From Macrostomum lignano (lineage: Eukaryota): a stretch of DNA of 64,000 nucleotides. The stretch spans positions 62,001 through 126,000 of the forward strand of contig NIVC01002779.1 of the NCBI GenBank assembly GCA_002269645.1, read 5' to 3'. How positions within the stretch are numbered: the first letter of the stretch is position 1; each line of letters opens with the position of its first letter. Position numbers and translations under genes: made by a program. Positions 54,009 to 64,000 of the stretch are shown here, one piece after another. The notes beneath the pieces were generated by a model. It was not told the DNA's origin. It searched no databases and worked only from the letters and a program-made list of their open reading frames with translations.

Positions 54009-56424
54009 ATAAAAATAATCAAGTGCATGGTTCAACCAGAAGAGTCTGCAACAAACTGGTAGGGATTTTCCCACACTTCTTGTGTGACTGAAAGCAAACC
54101 GGCACTGCAGAGGCTGGTCTGGAGACCGTCAAGCATTGAATTAAAGCGGTTTCAGCTACAGCCAGATTAAAAGCCTACAATAGACTGGCAGCAAGATGCT
54201 ACAGAGAAAGTCGAAGCAGGCAGAGGCTTTTTGGCTGGCACGGATGCGGGACGGCGAGTCAGAGGCTGCACACTTGGCACTTTTGCCCCCCAGATTCTGG
54301 ACAGCGCGGCTGTGGGAGGATGGAGCCTGGCTGTGAGCCAAGATAAGAGAGCTCAGCTATCGAGCGTGTGTGTAGGAGCAGGGCTCGGGTATATTGTAGC
54401 CAAGCCTAAGCTGGCTTACCCAGTATCTGGGCCAAACGTTTCTACGATGTTGCTCGCTTGCATTCGCTCCCGCATGGCGGCTTGGCTCTCCGGCTCCGTC
54501 TTTCATTCGCAGATTATGAAGCAGAAAGATATAATTGTGTATTAACGAGTATTCCTGATCAGTATTTAAAATATTGAATACAATATCTAGGCAATCCAAG
54601 AGTTAAATTGGTTTTCAATGAGAGTTGCTTTCAATTTTTTAGCCTGAAACCACCACTCATTGCAGTTCACGGAGGCTGGCCCGCTACATCCGCCACGATG
54701 ACGCATTCTCGGCGCACAGTAGCTGTTTTTATGACTCCTTTCTTAGAAAACAATTGGATCTATCATTAAGTAGCCTAGCTGTGTTCTCGCTGTTCACTAA
54801 TCAAATTATTGGCATGTAACACTAATAATTATGTTTGTTCATAGTTTGCAGTGTCTAAAAATGAAATCAGAAAAAATGTTGCCTATTATCTCAGTATTGC
54901 CTTTTCCCCTCTCTGTATATTGAAAAATCATTTCTGTAATTTAAAATTGTACGCCCGGACCGCTGCATGCTCGCAAGTGCCGGAATCCCAGAACATGCTA
55001 TACCTCTGTGACTCACCTGTGCTCTACCAAGCAGGCTATTTCATTTTGGCGCCTCAGAGCTGTCTCCACAGGCCCCACTATGGACTGCTTGGCAACCGGG
55101 TGGAGCCTTGTAAATTCTGCACCCCAACAATTATGAAATTTGCTTTCTGTTTATCGGGTACAACTCGATAGCTCCAATACGGTATTGTCGTTTTGTAGCA
55201 CTTATTAAAGCAGTTGCTCCTTACTCTGCTTTCATTTTGCAGCAAAAGTCCTAACTTTTGTTTGTTTGTTTGTTATTTTGTTTATCTGACTAGCTTTCAC
55301 GCTGCTGTTCTGTCTTTTGTCTTGGCCCAACGTAGATTCACTATTTTGAGCATGCCGGCCTGCACTGCCGTCAGTTGGCCACTTGGTTTGTCACTTAGAA
55401 ATACAGAATATCGACGGGCTTGTGGAGTCTGTCCACTGTTCAGTATGCAGTTTATAGTAACTCAACACTTCTCTTTTATTGCTTTAATCTGCCTCTCGCA
55501 ACCCGAATCTACCTCTTACTCAAATCTACATTTTACCCAATTCTACCGCTTACCTAGTTCTACCGCTTACCCGAATCTACCGCTTATCCGAATCTACCTT
55601 TTACTCGTATCTACCTTTTCAGATACGAGTTAAAATTTCACAAAACTTGTGATTAATAATGGTTCGTAAAGTACCAGCAGGTCTACCATATCAAATTTAA
55701 TTAGTTTACAAGCGGGTTTAAAACATAAGCTTTAATTTACAATTCAAAACAAAAATACAAGTTTGAATCTAACTATTCTACTGATTTCAGTAGGGTACTG
55801 AGAAAAATACGCTGAAAATGACTAAAGATATGATCGTGATCTATAATAAAACTAATAACCCTACCACAATGATCCATGAAGATTGGGGAATTAACGCATT
55901 GGTATTCCTTCCTGAGCAGCTGGGCTTACCACAACTGAGCAAAATAGGGAATTAATTATTTCAGCATTTCATCCCCTTCCAAGCAGCCAGATTCCAGCGT
56001 TCGTAATCCCCTCAGCTGCTTGGGCCTTTTGGACTGCTCCCGCCTGCCATTCAATTCTGCTCTGCATTGTTCTCAAGCCGGAAATTCGCCACATCTGCCA
56101 CAGGAATAAACCTTACTGGCCTCGGGCAGACAGCCTTGAAAAGCCCAGCAAAAATGCGGGATAGGCGCTTTGCAATAAATGACCGCACGCTGAGTTGTAC
56201 GCTTGCCCAACTATCTAGAGATGAAAACTACATGTATCTAGAGATGAAAATGTGTTTCAGTGAACACAGAAAACTGAACGAGTGGGTGGGCCAAAAGATT
56301 GCGATGCAATTACATGTACCATTTACATGTACATGCAGTCTTAGTGAGCGCTGCATGATGAATGGGGAAGAAATTTCTAGCAAGATAAGGACGGAGAGGT
56401 ACAAGTACATGTACGGAGAGTGGA

Positions 56425-56930
56425 AATAGAGAAGAGTGGAGAGGGAGAAGGGTGGAGAGGGAGAAGGGTGGAGAGGGAGAAGGGTGGAGAGGAAGATGGG
56501 TGGAGAGGGAGAAGGGTGGAGAGGGAGATGGGTGGAGAGGGAGATGGGTGGAGAGGGAGAAGGGTGGAGAGGGAGATGGGTGGGAGGGAGAAGGGTGGAG
56601 AGGAAGAAGGTTGGAGAGGGAGAAGGGTGGAGAAGGAGAAGGGTGGAGAGGGAGAAGGGTGGAGAGGGAGAAGGGTGGAGAGGAAGAAGGGTGGAGAGGA
56701 AGATGGGTGGAGAGGGAGAAGGGTGGAGAGGGAGAAGGGTGGAGAGGGAGAAGGGTGGAGAGGGAGATGGGTGGGAGGGAGAAGGGTGGAGAGGAAGAAG
56801 GTTGGAGAGGGAGAAGGGTAGAGAAGGAGAAGGGTTGAGAGGGAGATGGGTTGAGAGGGAGAAGGGTGAAGAGGGAGATGGGTGGGAGGATGATGGGAAG
56901 GTGGGAAAAGGGTGGGAAGGAGGTGGATGG
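56425..56930. repeat. Polypurine G-rich tract (GGAGAGGGAGAAGGGT)
   Basis: Direct. Confidence 0.9.
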
Positions 56931-57484
56931 TAGTACATGTAAACATACTCGTACTGTTTAGTGGAAGCAATCAATATATTGTTTAGAAATGCCAACAATT
57001 GAATCGAAATCCAATCCGGCTAATCCGCGGGGCTATTGAGGTAATCGGTGGGGATGTTCTGAACTTGTTTCTTGTGTTTCATTGACAACAGTAAGTCAGT
57101 TTTGAGTTTCAATCAATCACTTGGCCAATGCAAAGAAATCTTGTTGTAATTGTGTCGCAGGCTGCGTGTCTGGCATCTGAGTTCAGTGCACACATTTGCC
57201 TGGCAACGAGTGCCTTAAGGTGCTCAAAGATTTTCTTTTAGCTCGTACCCAAAATGCAGTCTGCTTGGAAAGGCGCTCGCCTTAACAACTAATTGGCAGG
57301 CTAGAAAGGCAGACGGTCCCTAATTGCTTCTTTTGTTCGTAAAAAATTACCGCGATTGGGAAGCTGTCAATTCTTCAAGTGGAGATCAGACAGCGGCACT
57401 GGGGAGTGAAAGGGGTCGACGTGTGAGGCAGTGAGACAGTGAAATTGCTAGGTAGAGAATGCATGTAGGAGAGAACCGTTATGG

Positions 57485-58260
57485 ACTGAGTAGGGACTCG
57501 GGAGAGACTGAGCAGAGACTCAGGACAGACTGAGTAGAGACTCAGGAGAGATTGAGTAGACTCAGGAGAGATTGATTAGACTCAGGAGAAACTGATTAGA
57601 CTCAGGAGAGATTGAGTAGACTCAGGAGAGATTGAGTAGACTCAGGAGAGATTGAGTAGACTCAGGAGAGATTGAGTAGACTCAGGAGAGACTGAGCAGA
57701 GACCCAGGAGACACTGAGCAGAGACTCAGGAGAGATTGAGTAGACTCAGGAGAGACTGAACAGAGACCCAGGAGACACAGAGCAGAGACTCAGGAGAGAC
57801 TGAGTAGAGACTCAGGAGAGATTGAGTAGACTCAGGAGAGACTGAGCAGAGACTCAGGAGAGATTGAGTAGACTCAGGAGAGACTGAGCAGAGACTCAGG
57901 AGAGATTGAGTAGACTCAGGAGAGATTGATTAGACTCAGGAGAGACTGAGCAGAGACTCAGGAGAGATTGAGTAGACTCAGGAGAGATTGAGTAGACTCA
58001 GGAGAGATTGATTAGACTCAGGAGAGATTGAGTAGACTCAGGAGAGATTGAGTAGACTCAGGAGAGATTGAGTAGACTCAGGAGAGATTGAGTAGACTCA
58101 GGAGAGACTGAGCAGAGACTCAGGAGACACTGAGCAGACTCAGGAGAGATTGATTAGACTCAGGAGAGACTGAGCAGAGACTCAGGAGAGATTGAGTAGA
58201 CTCAGGAGAGATTGAGTAGACTCAGGAGAGACTGAGCAGAGACCCAGGAGAGACTGAGAC
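57485..58260. repeat. 20-22-bp minisatellite (GACTCAGGAGAGATTGAGTA)
   Basis: Direct tandem copies. Confidence 0.95.
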
Positions 58261-60290
58261 GAAATCCAAGAGAAACTTAGGAGAAGCTCAAAGAGACTCA
58301 GCAGATATGAATGAATGATAAAATTGAAGCTCGTTAAAGAGAAGCTTAACTAATCCCTGTGGATTGGCGCCAAAGCCAGTTGAGCTGCAAGTGACAAACT
58401 CCCGTTTAACGGGAAGCAGAATCCAGCTAATGCCGAGGGGATGCAGTGAAATGGTGTGGTAAAAATCGGATTAAAGGATTACTCTGAAGTATTTTTTGAC
58501 GAGCCGGACTCGAGCTCAATAAAAATTCACTTTTATAATCTCGGAAGAAAAGGGAAATCGATTGAAGATATCAATTGGCAAGCAATGTGTAATGAGGTGG
58601 CCCATGAACTGATGCTCACTCTCACCTTGCCATCTGCCGGTGGTTAACAATGTCATTTATTTGCATATTCAGAGCAGGCTTATCTGAAATTTCTTTGGCA
58701 GAAAGGAACTGCCCGCATGGTGCGCTGTTGTGATGCATTATGATTAAGCGGCAGTGGGACATGCATAATTCATGCCAAATAATGCACACATTACAGCAAA
58801 CTGGGGAGGTCTATGGGAGCTCCCCATCTCCATCGGCTCTCCTGGGGGAGGCAGAAGATGGCTATGAAGTCTAAAAGCCTTCATGAATTAGTGCATGCGT
58901 ACAGACACTCAACCAGACACTCAAGCGACGGGGAGACCCCAATAGAACTGAGTCAAAGTCACCGGGTTGCGATTGAAATTTTCAGCATTTTCAAATACAT
59001 CGGATGACCAGACAGTGGCTGGTTCCATGTAATCCGCCTTGCTGAACTTCAATTCCAGGGAGCAACATAGCTAGCTGCTGGTGACACAAGCACCAGAAGA
59101 CCTTCCTAGAGGCTCTCCTAGAGCCTGTCGTCCAGGGCCTAGCGTAATGATTTCATTGGAGCAAACTCTGAGATTTTGTTCGTAAATTATACCATACTTA
59201 TTATTACATGTACATGCAGTTTTTCAGATTCCTTTGAAAGACAAAGGCGACAAGGGCACATCTCGACAGTGCAGCTGTATTATTTTCTCAAGGCACTCAG
59301 ATGCTTACAGTGTTGATCTGTCCCTTCAACTTGAGCGATACAAGAGTTGACAAAGAAGCTACAACATACCGTGTAGTCTTTTTGGCTGAGCAGAGAGGAA
59401 AGAATAAACATGAAATTAGACACTGCGCATCTCAGCTAGGAATAGCACAGAATTCAGTCAATTCCTTGGCCAACTGATATGCTGTTTATGTTTCCATCTC
59501 CGGTATCTGGCTTCTACGTGCATCAGGCATGGGTATCAAGGTCCCAACTGCTGAGAAAGTATTGCAGATAATGAGGCATGCTCAATACAGGTAGCATATC
59601 ATACATACCCTGCGGCGACAAAACTTTTATTGACTTTCTGAAAACAGTCGATCCGCTGAGCTCAGACAGGCTGGAAACGTTTTTTTGACTCGTTTTTGAA
59701 TGCTCGAACTGACTGACACCTGGGGATAAAAGGCCACAAAGGGCTGACTCAAAGGGGTGAGTCAAAGCAGGTGTTTTCAGGTATAGGGGGATAAGAAGGA
59801 CTTTGCAGCCTCACCAATCTGCAACATCGAATGCACAGAGAGGAGGACAAAGGATGCTGGAGAAGCTGGAGGTGAGTCGGGGGAAATTCTCCCCTTGGCT
59901 AGCGGTAAACACACGGGAATTCGATGAGTGCACGCAGGCCGCCTTTCCTCGGCTTTGAGAGCGGCAGGCTCTGCCCCTCCCCCGAGCATAGGCTCCGGTC
60001 GCAATCGATCTGAAAATGTCCCTAAAGACTGACAGGGAGAAGAAGGGACGCTTCTTCTAGTGGAAATCCCATCTACGCCTCTCTGTTTCTCTGACGAGGA
60101 CAAAAGACGGTTTGGCACAATCAAGCCTTGCAGCGTTAGGGAGCTTACGTGCGCTTTGACTCCGCCACAGCCTTCGCCATGATTAGAAAGACAGGATAAT
60201 CTCGCCATTATCAAAATTAGTTCCCTCTGCTTCTCCTTCGTTTGATAAGGACGTTTTGTTAGGCTTGTTTAGCTAATTTTTCGTCTAAAT

Positions 60291-61797
<1,507 letters not shown>

Positions 61798-62849
61798 CGA
61801 GTAGTAAGTGGAAGTCTGGAGTCTGTTAACCCCGAAATCCCACAGTCAGAAAGTGAGAGAGCGTGGAGTTTCTTCTCTCCGCTTCTCACTGTCGAAGCGG
61901 TGGCTTTTGATCTGTGCCTCAGAAAAAGTGTCCCATTCAGCGCTAAATTTAGCAGCTCTGCAATCCACCCGGGCGGTCATCAGGGTGATGAATAGCGGAA
62001 ATGAGTTCACACTGCTTCTGCGATTCCTGCCAGAATTGCTGGCGGCAGCATTGATAAAGAGAAGCTCACAGAGACCATCTCTTTCTTTCCGTTCTGTTCC
62101 AGCCACGTGCTATTGTATTCTCGATCAAGCACTTGCTGGAAATTAGGCGAGTAAACTGAATATTTAGGAGTCGCTGTTGACGGGACAATCCCAATCTATT
62201 CTCCGACAGGCTCAGAACAATTTTGAAAACTCATTCAAGAGACCCAACGGGATCTCTTAGTAAACAAGCGCATACCGGCCTCACCTCAATGTCTACTCGC
62301 ACAAGCTCTGCTTTGAAGCATTGAAATGTCAGTCTTGAGTCAGCTGTAGATCCATCAAAGGGAACAGGGGCCTTTGTGTTTGTTCCTTTCTATTCTTCGT
62401 TGGCTCGTATTACTTGCGTAAAAATTACCAAAACTGATTTATGTCTAAACTCGTTTATACTTCTCTGAGTTAGACTCAGCGACAGGTATTGTTTACTGTG
62501 ATTCCTCTATATGTTGGCTTTTCTGCTATTGAGCGCAAAAAAATTTTGTAGGCTTCACATTCCTATGAGTGCGTGAGGTTCAAGGCACAAAAAGAATTCC
62601 TCTATTCAGTTCAGCTACGCTTCTGCAAGTTTGAAACGGAATGCAATTACCAGCGCATCTCCTGGACAAATCGATCTTGTGTACTCAGCTCCCTGCAGTC
62701 ATTGTCGCTAACCCCACGGATTGATTGGCCAGCCCCATTTCACCCTATTGAACTCGGCCTTTAGCCAGTGCACCAAGCTCAAGCATAGTAAGAGAGAGCG
62801 AGACAGAGAGTAGACAAGCGGAGATCGCCAGGACCCTCCCTTCTCCCAG

Positions 62850-63897
62850 CTGGCTCTCAGTGAGTCGCCAGGTCGCAGCCATTCTGAGCGTACCTTTGCT
62901 AAGGGGCCACGACGAGAGCGGTCCCCAGGCGCTGGGCCTGCAAACCGGCTCAGCTATTTTCAGAGACCGCACCCGCGGCTCCTCCGTCTCCGGATTGCCA
63001 TCTGCGTCCTCGCCGGGGTCTGCAGCGCTCGGCGGACGGCCCGGTCGGTCGTGGTCGGCCGCAGTCGGCGGAAGCAGCGGAATCGGTGGCGGTGGAGTCG
63101 GCGAAGAGGACTGGGAGGTGCGGATCGGCCGACCAAAGGATCAGTCGGTGGGATTCTTTGCCGCCAACGAGAGCAGCCTCGGGGGCGCCGTTGGTGGAGG
63201 CGGTGGCTTTGATGACAGCGACGAAGAAGAACGCTTGGTGAAGGCAAGTGCTTGTACATGTACTGCTTTACTATTCCTTGGAGTCAATTTAGTGCATGCG
63301 AGTTAAACGACTATTCCAAATGCTCATATGTAAGTGTGGATTTTCCAAACCATTTCCTGGGATATCATTATTATGCTGTACATAGATGTTTATACTTCCT
63401 ATAGCTTACATTACATTCGTGAGTATTGTAACAGTTTATGTAAATTGACGTCATTTGTTGCACACTCGGCACTCCGATGCAAAAAATACGCTACGTATGT
63501 GCTTTTTAAAGAAGTTTTCTTTATTAGTCTTGGAATACACACACAAGGAGCACTGTAGTACATAACAGGATGTAAAACTCAATGATCGAGTAATTTTTTT
63601 GAAGGCCACTTTCTTGGAAAAATACACTGTGGAGATAGGAAAAAATTATCTTCACATAATCACTTATTGAGTTATACCACAGTGGTCTTTGTCAGTTGTC
63701 GCAAGATTCGACAGATACTTCATAGAAGATACTTCATCCGCCCTTACGTTCTTCAGCGCCAGGTGTACATCTGCGTAGTTTTCATGAAGATCGGCGAGAT
63801 AGACACCATCAAGGAGCAGTTCGCAGCGGATGTTCTAATCAAGGCCAAGTGGCGGGAGCCCGACCTGGACCACAAAAACATCCAACAGGGCAGGCTG
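62850..63897 (+). CDS. 5' part of a pentameric ligand-gated ion channel-like gene (probable Cys-less / Pro-loop type); continues beyond the window
   Basis: Exon ~63757/63763-63897 encodes (RQ)VYICVVFMKIGEIDTIKEQFAADVLIKAKWREPDLD, the beta1-beta2 start of a neurotransmitter-gated channel ligand-binding domain ending in W-x-E-P; donor CTG|GTGAGA at 63898. An upstream Gly/Ser/acidic open frame (to 63243) joins in phase via AAG|GCAAGT. No ATG found, so an earlier exon is required. Confidence 0.7.
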
Positions 63898-64000
63898 GTG
63901 AGAAGCGAGCCTTTCTTCGAAAATCTTAGTACAGAACACAGTAAAGTTGAAGCGCAAGAGGTGCAAAAGTAGTCTTCAAAATGAAACGCTTCCCAGTTGA

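Noticed and set aside
54640-55039. TAGCCTG...CAGGCTA as possible transposon termini
   Set aside because: Only 7 bp of complementarity and no convincing TSD.
59777-60214. 145-aa minus-strand ORF next to the GATA array
   Set aside because: No recognisable similarity or splice support; I could not link it to any gene.

Overview
Eukaryotic (metazoan) genomic DNA with spliced genes, GC-rich exons, very AT-rich spacer blocks and about 30 different tandem arrays. The style suggests a repeat-rich invertebrate, plausibly the flatworm Macrostomum; this is an inference and was not searched. Reconstructed by hand from splice sites and protein similarity: (1) 3' part of an ELAV/Hu-like RNA-binding protein with at least four RRMs (+, ~1882-5311); (2) a candidate single-exon membrane protein with a Gly/His-rich tail (+, 11233-11778); (3) tRNA-Thr(CGT) (+, 17745-17817); (4) GDP-fucose transporter SLC35C1 (+, 3 exons); (5) NDR/Tricornered (STK38-type) kinase (-, 7 coding exons); (6) canonical poly(A) polymerase (-, 4 coding exons, with a frame discordance at its N-terminus); (7) the start of a pentameric ligand-gated ion-channel-like gene with a probable GC-AG intron at the right edge. 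Mobile DNA includes two decayed RTE-type LINE fragments, two tRNA-derived SINE-like elements (one with a CORE-like domain) and hAT-like MITEs. Most long ORFs in the supplied track are translations of tandem repeats. Best leads: a PAP intron built from 12 tandem copies of its own 3' splice junction, a minisatellite expanding inside a MITE, tandem RFX X-boxes in the NDR intron, an ELAV with an apparently duplicated RRM1-RRM2 module, and a probable Cys-less pLGIC. All coordinates were counted by eye, and array boundaries are approximate.
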